From NCBI GenBank assembly GCA_000388065.2, contig KB932205.1: a stretch of 49,177 nt of DNA. The stretch is one strand, 5' to 3'. The DNA comes from Fonticula alba ATCC 38817 (taxonomy: Eukaryota > Protista > Nucleariida). The translations under genes and the position numbers were made by a program. Under the pieces are notes generated by a model that saw only the letters and a program-made list of their open reading frames with translations, searched no databases and was not told the origin of the DNA. Each line of letters starts with the position of its first letter. Position 1 is the stretch's first letter. Shown in pieces: positions 37,151 through 49,091 of the stretch.

Positions 37151-37731
37151 GTGGGAAGGCAGCGAAAGGCGAGGGGAAAGCAAGCGAGCGAGCGAGCGAG
37201 CAAGCTACCAGGCAGGCAGGCAGGCAGGCAGGCCGCTTGTGCCATGCGACCGGTTCCTTCACACTGCCCCACATCCCCCCACCCCGCCCCAGTCACCCTG
37301 CCCCGGCCAGCCGTTCTCCGGCCGCGGGGGCGGGTCAGAAGCCCGCAGTAGACCAACGTTTGCCCGGGCAGGACGAGCGAGTTCGCGGCGGCCAGGTCGT
37401 CCCACGCCCCTCGCATTTAGGATGTGCAGATGGCGCGCTCTTCTCATTTTTCCCGGTCCGCCAACAGGGCCGCTCACTCGTCGGGGGGGAGGCGGGGGTG
37501 GGGCACATCTGCAGGAAAGCGCGAGGGGAGGGTGCACGCACACGCGCGCACACGCGGAATGCGTGGGCCTCGGCCGGGGACGACCGCGCGCGTCCCTCGC
37601 AGAAAGCGTGGGAACACCGATCGTAGTCACGTGTGGGAATATTGATTGCGGGCTATGTGTGGGAGACCATTTATAAGGCACTTTCCATCTGTGTTGGCCG
37701 GGGGACTGGAAGGCACTGCACAGAGATACCG

Positions 37732-37734
37732 CAC

Positions 37735-37787
<53 letters not shown>
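37732..37787. repeat. (CA)n microsatellite
   Basis: Directly visible long CA run. Confidence 0.9.
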
Positions 37788-37791
<4 letters not shown>

Positions 37792-38239
37792 CCAAACACG
37801 TATCCACCCGCATCCACTTGCAGATTTCCCTCGACCTGCCCCGCCCCCCGCCTGTGCGTCTGCCCCGCAGTCCTCGCCTCTCCCGGAGGTCTCCGCCTGG
37901 TGGCCCCACCATCACCCTCTCGAGCCGCTCTCGCTCTGCCTATCCCAGCTTGTCGGTCATCCCTCGTCTGGTGACTCTGGCTGCTCCCTTCTAGGCCCCC
38001 CCCCCCTCCCGCTCCCTCCCGCTCCCTCCCTCTCGGGACCCCCTGGTGCGTATTCCCCTTAAAGAGACAGACCTCGCCTTCTCCCCGCCCCNNNNNNNNN
38101 NNNNNNNNNNNNNNNNNNNNNNNNNNNNNNNNNNNNNNNNNNNNNNNNNNNNNNNNNNNNNNNNNNNNNNNNNNNNNNNNNNNNNNNNNNNNNNNNNNNN
38201 NNNNNNNNNNNNNNNNNNNNCCCCCCCGCCTTCTGCCAG

Positions 38240-41200
38240 TCAACATGAACGAGCACTCCATCTGGATCCTGTCGGTCTTCATGACGATCTTCTTCGTCTG
38301 GTGGCTGGTCAACACCATCCAAGTGGCCTTGTACCTGAAGCAGCGCGACAATGAGGAGCGCGATGCCATCGACTACTACCTGAACATTGACGGGACCATC
38401 CGTCGGATTTCTCGCGTCTCGGCCAACTCCGAGTCGGGAGAGATGAGCTGCGCCGAGTATGTGCACGAAATCGACCTGCTGATGCACAAGGCCAAGCGCT
38501 TCTACGGGCTGTGCTTCGGCATGTCGGACTATGCGGCCATCGAGCCGGAGCGCACTTGGACCAAGACCCTTCCTCTTTTTGCCGCGGCCCCGCCGGTGGC
38601 CCACCGGGTGACCCCCTCCTTGTCCAGCCTCGCCGTGGGTGGCGGCGCGGCTGCCTTGCTGCAGATCGCCAACCCGCTGGTCTCGGCGGCGGTGTCCATG
38701 CATCAGGGCGGTGAGTTTGACCGGGAGCCCGGCCGGCGCCAGAGCATCAGCTCGGCGGCCCCGAACGCCAAGGCGCTCTACGATCCGACTGCCCGATTCC
38801 AGAACACCTTCAACTACCTATTCCGCACCAGTACGTCCTTCTGGGGCTTTTCCTTCCGCAGCCGAGAGCATCAATGGTGGAGAGGCGAGGCGAGGAGAGA
38901 GTATAGGGCGCGAGCACCGGCGGCCCGGCAGGCGGAGGCGACCCGGCCGCCGAGGGCCTTTGAATGCTGCGGCGGATCGGCCCAGGGCCGAAAGGTGGGC
39001 GAATGGCGCGATAACCCGTCTGTCGGGTCGCACCTGCCCTGCCGGGGTGGACCGGTGTCGTGTGTAAATGCGGGCACCCATGCGTGGAGCCTTCGTGTGA
39101 TGGTGCCCATACACACACACGCGCGCGCGCGCGCGCGCATGGGCGGGAATTCGGTCGCACAGCCCCAGTCGCTGGGAACCCGATAAAAAGGGCAGGGCAC
39201 TACGAAGTGCCCCCCGCCCGCCCGGCCTCCGACCCTTCATCCGAACGGGGGACAGGCTCCGGGGGACGGGGCTAGGGGGGGGGGGTGCCATGGCGCGAGA
39301 CAGAAGCATGTGCCCGGGCGAGCATGGGTAAACAGGGAAGCCCGAGCGTCCACTGACAGTCCATTATGGCCTTTCCCGCGTATGTGTGGGGACATCCACG
39401 AAAAAAAAACACTTCGGTCCGCCGGCCCTGTGTCGCGTGTTGGGTCGCCATGTATCTCTGTGTTGTTGTTTTTTTTTCTTCGGCGCGCGCACGCTCGTGC
39501 GAACACACAGTCTACGGGACCTTCGCTGAGGCCGAGCGCTCGGCCCGGCGCATTTTTGCCATCCATTCACGTGCGGCCGGCAAGCTCCGCCACGAGGATG
39601 TCACCCCCGAGCTGGGGGATCTGTACGAGCCCGTGCGCATGTCCCCCGCTGAGGAGGCCGCCGCGGCGAATCCCCCCCCCTCGATGCACCCGCAGGCCAC
39701 CACCCGGGTGCCGTACCATGAGGGTCAGCGCTTCCTGGCCACCCAGTCGTCGGCCCTCTACTGGGTGGCTGCCGTCCTGCAGTACATCTCCATCATCGCG
39801 GCCGAGTTGGTGCGTCCCCCCACTCTTCCCCCAGCCCCCTTGCCACATCCCCTGCGCCGAGCCATCGACGGCATCAGTGGCGTGTGGTCCCTTTCGTTCG
39901 AGTGTAAGCGCGCGTGCGCTGGGGGGGGGGCGCGTCTGTGCAAAAGGCCAGGGCAGCGGGGCGAGGGAGAGGGGGGCCAGATGCGCGCGCCCTGCAAGCG
40001 AGAAAATGTCCACGCTGCAGATTGGCACGCGTTGTTCACCACTCTCGGCAGGTTTGTTTTTTTTTTCGCCCAGGGGGTCGGGCGCACTGTGACCGAGCAT
40101 GCGCATGGGTGTGCGGCGCACACGCGCGACCCACCATATTGGTTCCGAGTACGTTGTCCAAACGCACACGCGCGGGCGGCCGGGCAGGCGCATGCATGCG
40201 CGTGTGTGTGTCTGAGTGTCTGTGAGTTTGTGTGTGTGTGTGCGCGCGCACGCGCACGCGCGGGTTGCAAGGCCCCCTCTTCGCTCCGATGCGCGCCCCA
40301 GTGCTTCCATCGGGGTGGGGGCCTTGGAACGGGAGGGGGGTTAGCGACGGCAACAACAGTTGCCACGGGGCCGCCGGGGGCCACCCCGCCGCGCCAGTAC
40401 GCGTGCGTCCTGGTGACTGTGTGCTTGCTTCGCGCATTATTAAATGCTACTGGGGACTGCCTATTCTGGGAACCGCCCGACCGCCCGTCCCCCACCCGGC
40501 CCTCGCCCCCGGGGGGGTGGGGCAGGGCGAAGAGGACGTGGGCCCGCCGCCCGTCCCCATCCCCGCCCTGGACAAGGGGCGGGCTGGTGCGCCCGCAGGG
40601 GGCGATGTGGCGGCACGCGCATTCGCGCGCCCCGGTATGCAAGGTTGCTCAACGATTGTCCCACGGCGTCTGCCAGATGAGACTTGAGATGCCAGTATTT
40701 TGAGTGCACCCGTCTGCGGCATGAGTGGGACCCGGGGCCGGGTCGGCTTAACGACTGTTTGTGTGCGCAGATTTTTGTGCGTGTTGTGTGGGTGGGTGTG
40801 CGCGCGCGCGTGCCAGTACACACACACACACACACGCACGAACGCATGCACGCATGCCCTTGGGGCTTGTGCAGATGTGTCCATGTTTTCGGCCGCGCCT
40901 GCACGACTGGAACAGGGCGAGATTCACATGCCATTGGGCCCAGTAGGGGTAAGACACGCCCCTGGTCCACTTTAACTTGGTCCTGAAAGTGCGGATGTAT
41001 TTCTCCCGCGCAAGTTGCTCCCCGGGGATGGGCACCTCTCATTCGAGCGGCGGGCTCTTCGGGTCCCAGTGTGTCGCCTTGTCGCGACCCCGCGGCACCC
41101 CGGGGGGCGCGGGGGTGCATGGAGTCCGGGTGCTCTTTGTGTGTGTTTGCCCGGGCTCTTTTTTTTTGGCCACCCCCGCCCCCATGCGTGGCTGCTGATG

Positions 41201-42054
41201 CTGGACCGCCCGGAAGGAGGGCAGTCGGTCCTGTCCATCGCGTGCACGCGAGTGGCAGCACCACGCCCCCCCCCCCCCCCCATGGGCTGCGGACACCCTC
41301 CCGGGCGGTCCGATGTGAGATGCTCACATCCGCCTGCATGGGAGGAGGGCAGCGCATGTCACTGAGTGTTAAGGAGCCGCCCCCGCTCTCGGCCGGCCCT
41401 CGCCACAGGCCTGCTCGCTTATTCGAGGATCGGCATCCTTCCGACACAAGGTGCCAGTGTGCCTGTCAAGCGGCGGGGCTGTGCCTGCTGTCCGCGGTCC
41501 CTCCTCTCGTGGGGCGGGGGGCCTGGACGAAGGGCTCCCCCGAAGTCGCCAGAGGGGCCCCGCTCACGGTGGGAGTCCCATTTCGCTTAGTGGATGGGGG
41601 TGGGTGCCGGGCGAGCTGACAAGGTGACCCTATACCCCCCCCCCCCCCCCCCCCCCCCGGGCCCGGGACTTGTCCGCTCCAGTGCGCCCCCGTCCGAAGA
41701 GCAGCGGGCCAGTGGAGAGGGGGCGCGTGGCGTCGAACGAACCATACGCATGCCCGACAAGCGCGCATGTATCCCCCGCCAAGGTTCGCCAACGTCGTGG
41801 TCGCCCGGCGTGTCTCCTTGGCTATTTCGCATGTGTGGGGGGCCCATGTGAGCGGGTGTCCGGAAAACGCATGCGTGCTCCCCTCTGCTCCCTGGCTCGT
41901 TTGCATGTCTGTGTGTGCTTGCGTGTGCGTGTGGGTGTGCGTGTGCGTGTTTTCGTACAAGCATCCACGCGGCGCGACATAGCCCCAGCTCCCCCAACCC
42001 GGGGCGCCCCGGGCCGCGCTCGATTTCGGGGCCCCCTTGTTTGGGCCCGCCCCG

Positions 42055-42097
<43 letters not shown>

Positions 42098-45002
42098 CAC
42101 CGGTGACTTGTGCCACTTTATGGCCATGCACCCTCGCGGGGCGAGACCCAACGCCCAGGCCCCGACGCTTCGGCTCGCGGTGTTTGTTCCTTCCAGAGAA
42201 GGGGACCGGGGTGTGCGAGGCCGCGAAGTGAAACCCGGGCAACTTTGACCAAGGGTGGTGCTCCTGGGGCGGGCGCACACATACACACGCGCGCGCGCGC
42301 ACTCAAACATGCACCCTGGGGAGGCTCGAAGTAGCACCACTCACCACACCCGTGGGCGAGGTGGTCGCTGAAACATTTATTTTCTCGGGCCTCTTAGCAC
42401 GTACGCAAATAGTGTCTTGTAATTAGCCAAGCGGCCGCCGGCCATTGTGGGCGAGGCCCCGCGTCCTGCCCCGGTCTCAGTGTCTGCCAGCCCCTGGACC
42501 GGGGGGGGGGGGGGCGCCAGAGTGACCCCCAGTCGGGCCATAAAGCCCGCTGCTTTCGCCCGGGCGGGGCGATCCCACACGCGGACACACACACACACAC
42601 ACGCACACGCGCATGCACGCATGCACGCATGCACGCGCACCGTATCCGCACCCGGTCCAGAGCGCGGGGCTTGGCCGACTGGGGCGAATGTGCCAATGAC
42701 TCGCCCCAGCTGTGCCCCGCCCCCCAACCTCGGTGCCTCTCTTTGGCCTCCTACTCGGGCCGGGGGACGGGGGGCCGAAAAAAACCGCCCAACAGCGGCC
42801 CGGGAAAACCGTCGTTCCATCGGCCCGGTGGTCCGACACGCCCGGGGCCGGGCCGGCGCGCAGGTAGGCCGCTCTCCCTGGGGGGTGGGGGGGTGGGGCG
42901 TTTGGCAACGCAGCTGCTTTCTACGGTCCCATAGGGGACCAAGGAGGATGGCGCCCGGTGCACGAGGGAGGATACATCCCTGCAGTTGCATGGAAATTCG
43001 CAAGTGCATATCGACACGCCCATGGGTGTTTCTTAACATCCATGTGTGAGAGAGCATGCACAAGCGAATATCCAAGCCCGTGTACATGCGTGCATGCGCG
43101 CATGCGTGCTGGTGGGCCGGAAAGCCCGGCACCAAGTCCGGGAATTGCCTTCTTAATCCCCCGAAATTGAAGGGCCCCATTGTTGTCCCCTCGCCACTCC
43201 TTCTTGAGTAAGCAAGCTTGCCGGCGAGGCCGCGGCCAATTCCATGAACCGCGCGCCCCCTGGGGCGCACCGGCACGCGGAGCCCGTCCGCATGAAGCTG
43301 TCCGTGAATGTGTGCCTTGCGAGAAAAATGGACCGCCATGCTGTACGCGAGCCCCCTGCACGCGGCAGCTCCAAGCCAGGGGGCTGTCCCAAAGGGGGCC
43401 AGCAATGCAGCGGCCCCTTTCTTAGTGCCTGTGTCCCAGTGGCCCGGCTCCTTTCCCCCCCCCCCCCCCCNNNNNNNNNNNNNNNNNNNNNNNNNNNNNN
43501 NNNNNNNNNNNNNNNNNNNNNNNNNNNNNNNNNNNNNNNNNNNNNNNNNNNNNNNNNNNNNNNNNNNNNNNNNNNNNNNNNNNNNNNNNNNNNNNNNNNN
43601 NNNNNNNNNNNNNNNNNNNNNNNNNNNNNNNNNNNNNNNNNNNNNNNNNNNNNNNNNNNNNNNNNNNNNNNNNNNNNNNNNNNNNNNNNNNNNNNNNNNN
43701 NNNNNNNNNNNNNNNNNNNNNNNAGACGGGGGGGGGGGGGGGGGGGCGGGCCCGGCCGCCGGGGGCCGCCGGGAGGTTGCCTCGGGGGCACGGAGGGCGG
43801 GGCGGGGGCAGCTCGGAAACGTCGCGTGCCCGCGTCCTGCCAGGCATACTGAGACCGGCGAATAGCCGCCCACCGACGTGAAACAGTTCCATCCTGAGGG
43901 GGGTAGGTTCACGACCGAAGGCGCGCAATACACGGCCCCTGCCCTTCGCCCCCAGGGCGAGCGGGAGCCGAGCGGGAGGGGGAGTATTCGGCGTATTTGG
44001 AAGCACACGCGACAAGGGTCCCCCGGCAGGTCAACGAGACTAACACACCGTCTCATCCCATCGGTGCTTCCCTCGACCCCGTCCCTCGGGTGGGTTCTGC
44101 TTTGGCATGCGGGTGTGCGAAAAAAAAAAGCCCTGACTCTGCCCAGTCGGGTGGCTGAGAAGTTCGGCCTCGGGCGCTTCCGCTCGTCGATTCACGCGGT
44201 CTATGGAATTGGTGCGTGGTGCAGCCGGGCTTTTCCGTTGGTCCCAGTGTGTCGTGTGTTTCCTCTGCATGTGGCAGGCGCGGCCCTGTTGCCTGGCGCG
44301 CGCGCGCGCGCCCTCGGGGCAGACACCCCGAGGATGACCGTGGGGCGGAGTGCGCGCGCCCTGGGCGAACTCCAGCCTGTCAGGCACTTTTCGCGCGCCG
44401 CGTCCCGCTACGCGGCACGCGATTGCCCCCTGGAAAGGGCATTGGACAAGCATTGCACACAGACACACACACACACCGGCCCCATGTGCCCCGGACTGAC
44501 ACCCGGCTTGTTACCCCGGCTCCCCCCCCCCCCTCCCTTGGACACTTCTTCCGGGTGATGGCACCCCGGCGGCACAGCCATCCTGGGCCTGTTCCGTTCC
44601 CTCTTCCGGATTGCGCCGGCTCCCCTGCGCCAGTTCACCCACTACCGGCAGTACACCGCGCGCATGGCTCACAAGGGCCTGCCGCAGATCCCGAACTTCA
44701 ACGGCGACTACTCGCCTGCCGGCCGGTACCAGGCTCTGAAGCCGCACCTGGAGGCCACCATCCACCAGAAGCCGCCGGCCGCGGCCGGGGGCTTCGGCGG
44801 CGGGGCTGCCACCGGCACCGGCGCCCCCTATGCCAATGCCCACTGGAGCGCGGCGGGGGGAGCTTATCATGCCCGCAGGCGCGGCACTATCTCCGTTCAG
44901 GAGGGGCAGCTTGACCTGCCGAGCCAAGTGGCCCAGGCCGTCGGCGGGCTGATGATGGACGTGGTCATGAGCACCATTCGAAGCGACGCCCGCAAAAAGT
45001 GA
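38240..45002 (+). CDS. Membrane-anchored MpaB/rubber-oxygenase(Lcp)-like haem oxygenase (DUF2236 family), internal exon(s) missing
   Basis: Exons 38240-38830, 39511-39809, [missing], 44147-44211, 44578-45002. N-terminal hydrophobic helix (IWILSVFMTIFFVWWLV). Family blocks GGGAAALLQIANPLVSAAV, DPTARFQNTFNYLFRTIYGTFAEAERSARRIFAIHSR, FLATQSSALYWVAAVL, RVAEKFGL, IAPAPLRQFTHYRQYTAR. Recognised by eye, not by HMM. Confidence 0.8.
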
Positions 45003-45633
45003 TCCGCCCGGCACGCGACAATTAGTACCGCGCACGGCCCGCCCGCCCGCCGGCGTGCACGTACGCACGCACGCGGCATCGGGCCGGCAGGCGCACCGAG
45101 GCAGGGAGAGAGGGGTCCACTTCGAGAGCCGATACCAGGGGCTCACGCCCCGCCCACGGTCCACCCTCCGGCGGCCTGCGAAGGCGAACACCCCCTCCGG
45201 CACCGGGGCGGCGGCGTATGTCGAAAGCTGCACAGTGCATGCTCCGACGACCGGCGTCCCCCGGGTCCTGCCTCGGCTCGGCCGACTTTTGGCCCCCGGC
45301 CCGGCGCACTTTGCACTCTGCCCACGGGGGATGTGCGTCGCCGCCCGAGGCCCAGCCCTCCCCCGCGCGGGCCGGCGCGCTGGCCCGCCATGCGCGCCGC
45401 CCCCTTTCGCCTCGGAGAGCGCACCCGCGCCGCCCAATCGCAGCCGCACGCAGTCCGGAACCGCGGCTGGAGGCGCGCCGGCGTGCACGCACCGAGGCCA
45501 TCCTTCACACCATGACGCCTGACCTAGCCGGCCCGGCCCCTGTCTCGAGGCCGACGCCACGGGTGCATGCGCTGCACCTGCGGACAGACAGCGCGCGCGC
45601 GCGCGCGGGAGGCCCAGTCGCCCATCCCCCCCG

Positions 45634-45686
<53 letters not shown>

Positions 45687-45744
45687 CCCCCCCCCCCCCC
45701 CCCCCCCCGGGCGCGCGGAGGGGCGAGACGCGGTCGCGCTGTCG

Positions 45745-46148
45745 AACATCGCCGAGAGGGCCAGCAGAGCCCCTGTGAGCCATTTCTCTGGCGGCACCCG
45801 GCGACCATTCTTCGTCCCTTTTTTTCCACGGCCGCGCGCGCCCCACAGAGGGGGACCCAGAGCGCCAGCGAGAGAACGTAAGAAAAACCAAAAAAAAAGC
45901 CGTCAGCCACAGTTCGCCCCTGCCCGGCTCCCCATTTCGTGTGCTCTTCCGATCTAACATCGCCGAGAGGGCCAGCAGAGCCCCTGTGAGCCATTTCTCT
46001 GGCGGCACCCGGCGACCATTCTTCGTCCCTTTTTTTCCACGGCCGCGCGCGCCCCACAGAGGGGGACCCAGAGCGCCAGCGAGAGAACGTAAGAAAAACC
46101 AAAAAAAAAGCCGTCAGCCACAGTTCGCCCCTGCCCGGCTCCCCATTT
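45745..46148. repeat. 193-bp direct duplication joined by an Illumina TruSeq adapter remnant (assembly artefact)
   Basis: Copies at 45745-45937 and 45956-46148. The junction 45938-45955 is CGTGTGCTCTTCCGATCT, the 3' end of the TruSeq read-2 adapter/primer. Confidence 0.92.
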
Positions 46149-48365
46149 TCCCCCAACCACACGAGACACGCAGAGAGGAAGAGAAGGACGGAGAAAGAGC
46201 GAGGACCGTTCCCTCCAAACACATCGCGCCCGAGAGCGGGCAGCTCTAGGGGCTGGCCCCGGGCGGGGCATGCGCATGTCACAGTGCATGTGTGAGTACA
46301 CACTTGTCCCGCACACGCATGCGACTCATCTGGGAGCACCCTGGCCCCGCCCCTGGCGCCGGCGTCGGCGACGCGACGGGGGACCGAAGGGCAGAAGCAC
46401 ATGCTGCGACGCAGGCGGCACCGCCCTCTCTCCAAGGAGAAACTCCAGCTCATGGGCTGGGGCTCTCTTCCGCGGGCCGCACTCGGGACGAAAAGCCCCC
46501 AAATGCCCACCGGCCGCCCAGTCATGGCGCGCCCGCCCGCCGGCCAGCCGGCCCGCCTTTCGACACACCGTCAAGTGGTCGACATACCAGAGAGCCCCCC
46601 AGGCCGGGCGGCGGGAGAACGGATAGCGCACCCAGGCATCTGTCACAGTTTTGGCCCACTGATGCCTGGGAGTTTCTCCCAGCCTCCGTTATAACGCGCT
46701 CTAGGCAACACAGAGAGACAGAGGGATAATTGCGCCCCTCCCCCCCCCCCCCCCACACACACACACACACATACGCACGCGTCCACCCGCCCTCGCGCTT
46801 CCGGGACCGTCCGAGAGCGTAGGCCGGTTCGTGCGGCGCCGGCCACGCCCAGTTTGTGCCCGCGTCACCACCCCCGCCCCGCGCCCCCCGCCGGTCGGGG
46901 GTAAGGCGTGGGGGGGGGGAGGCAGGGAGCAACGTGCACAATGTGTATGTCTGTGTCAGCGCTTTGCACCAGCGCGCGCACACGCACCCGGCGCGCTTCG
47001 CATCCGAAAGAATAGTAGCAGTAGGAAATAAAAATACACCCCCCTAGAGCGCACACATCATCCTCTCGGCCCCCGGCGGGCAGGCAGGCTTTCTTTGGTG
47101 AGGGTTGTCCCTTTTTGAGAGCGGGCATATATTCTGGCCCGGGGTGCGCCCGGCGCTCCTCCATCACAGCGCGGTCTGGCCACCGGGACCCGGTGTGTAT
47201 GCCGACAGTCCGGCTGACCGAGGTTTATTGTCCTTTTTTTGTTGGGAGAAATATACAGGCCCCTTTCGCCGCCGAGCACCGGCCCCCCGGGTGGGGACTT
47301 CCTTGGAGAGAGATCCTCCGAAAACACCCTCTGAGAAAGGCCCCCCACGGCGTGTCAATGCTTCCCCTGGCACGCCGGTGCTCGAAACGGGCGCGACCTG
47401 TGGCCAACCACTGCCCCTCGGCCCCAGGCTCCTGCAGTGATCCGCGCCAAGAGGGCGGCGAGCCAGCCCGGCCGGGTTCGTGTCTGTGCCCGCGTCTAGT
47501 CGGCGCCCCGGCCCGCCTCGCCCCCCCCCGACGTGTGGGGGCGGTGTTGTCCGCACGCGAGGGAATGCGAGACCCGCAGGGTTAACCCGAAGCGCCACGA
47601 GTGCGCCCCCAATAGGCATCACATGAAGGCACACGCCATCAACACACTGCACAGGGATTTCATGTGATAACAGTTCAATTCCACACGTGAGAACACCACC
47701 ATCATTGTTATACCTCGAGAATGGCCATCATCCCTGAACGGCATTCCTCACAGAGGAATATCGGGGGACAACAGCCGGGCACCCTCCTCAGTTGAGCGAC
47801 ATCGGCGCTTAACCGAGGATGGAGCGAGACGGGTCGGCGGGCCCAATCGCGGGTTCTCGGAGTCCCCCCCCTCGACCGTGCCCGAAGCTGGAAATGCGGG
47901 GCTCCCGTTGGGGACCTCCCGAGACCGAAGGCCTTTGCCTGCTGTGGGTCGCGAAGAGTATTCGAAAGTGCAGCCGGGGGGCAGCAGATAGGCCGAAGAA
48001 CATCCGTTCCAAGGCTTCCCCTCTGGAACTCCTGCCGAGTTTCTTTCATTTTAGCTTGCCGTTAAGTTGCCTTTAAGACGAGTAACTGACACGTCTGGAA
48101 GCAGACGACCGCGGGACCCCCCGGTTGGCATGTTCCCTCTCTTGCTGCCCCAAGAGGCCGCTAACCGGGTAGCTGACCAAGCTGGTGCCTTGCGCCAAGC
48201 CTCACTCCCGGGACCTAGGCTTGACCGGTGTGCACACGGCAGCAGCCCGGGCCGGAGCTCGTTGTACGAGGGCGTTGTTGGCCTCGAGCGAGGTGGGGCC
48301 ACATGCGTTGGTGGGGGGGCATTTCTGTCCCGAAAAAATAGGCCCCGCCAGCATCTGTCTCCACC

Positions 48366-48438
48366 GGGGGCGTAGCTCAAATGGTAGAGCGGCCGCTTAG
48401 CATGCGGCAGGCAGGGGGATCGATACCCTCCGCCTCCA
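48366..48438 (+). tRNA. tRNA-Ala(AGC), intronless, 73 nt
   Basis: Acceptor stem GGGGGCG/CGCCTCC with the G3:U70 Ala identity pair and discriminator A. D-arm GCTC-AAATGGTA-GAGC, anticodon arm GCCGC-TTAGCAT-GCGGC, T-arm GGGGG-ATCGATA-CCCTC with the A54 typical of eukaryotic tRNA-Ala. Confidence 0.97.
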
Positions 48439-48441
48439 TGG

Positions 48442-48457
48442 TTTTGATTCTCCTTTT
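48442..48457 (+). terminator. Pol III terminator-like T-runs after tRNA-Ala
   Basis: TTTT at 48442-48445 and 48454-48457. Confidence 0.6.
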
Positions 48458-48814
48458 AGCTGGGCGGCCGACAAATGGCCTTGCGGCGAGATCCTCGATC
48501 ATTCGCGTAATAGGGGGCGCAGAATCAAGTGAGGGGTATCCTTGGAGGGGGGATGCCTGCCTGTCGCGTGGGGCGACGACGCTGTGCGTCGGAGTTCCCG
48601 GGAGCCAGACAAGGCGGAAGGAGCAACGGGGCGGGACAGGCGAAGTCTCGGCTGAGGGAGCACGAAGGGGGGGGGGNNNNNNNNNNCCCCTGCCGCACTG
48701 CGGCCCAAGCTTACCGGTGCCTTCCCATCTCGCCTGGTTGTGCTGACATTTCCCGCGCGCCTCCGCCCCCTCCCCCCCCCCTGTCTCTGTCCCTGCCCCC
48801 GCCTGCCACTAAAG

Positions 48815-49091
48815 ATGGGCGAGACCTTCACCCTGGACGAGAAGGACCTGTGGGTGGAGTACAACACCAAGCAGGTGTTCCCCTTCTTCGGCTGCTATCC
48901 CCAAACTGCAGGGGACTTTATCCACCCCCAGACCAGCTGGCTGGCCCTGAACGACTTCTTCTGGTACAACGTCGTGTCTCTGGAGACCCTGATGCCGGAG
49001 TCCATCTCCGCGCGGAAGATGGCCCGCGGGCTGCTGCGGCCGATGCCGATCGAGCGGCTCTTTGGCCTGAATGCCCTGGCCTCGCTGACCG
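48815..49091 (+). CDS. Exon of an unidentified protein-coding gene continuing beyond the window
   Basis: MGETFTLDEKDLWVEYNTKQVFPFFGCYPQTAGDFIHPQTSWLALNDFFWYNVVSLETLMPES... with strong coding codon bias, ending at a GTGCGT donor at 49092. May be an internal exon because AAG precedes the ATG. Confidence 0.62.

Noticed and set aside
38245-39186. ATG9-like call for the first oxygenase exon
   Set aside because: Only superficial similarity in the hydrophobic N-terminus. Downstream exons carry DUF2236 blocks and lack ATG9 motifs.
42377-44056. Long ORFs in the track spanning N-gaps or GC-rich intergenic DNA (e.g. 4394-5470, 10686-12269, 18665-20122, 42377-44056)
   Set aside because: Produced by N-runs, homopolymers and stop-codon scarcity. 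They are Pro/Gly/Arg-rich with no coding codon bias or motifs.
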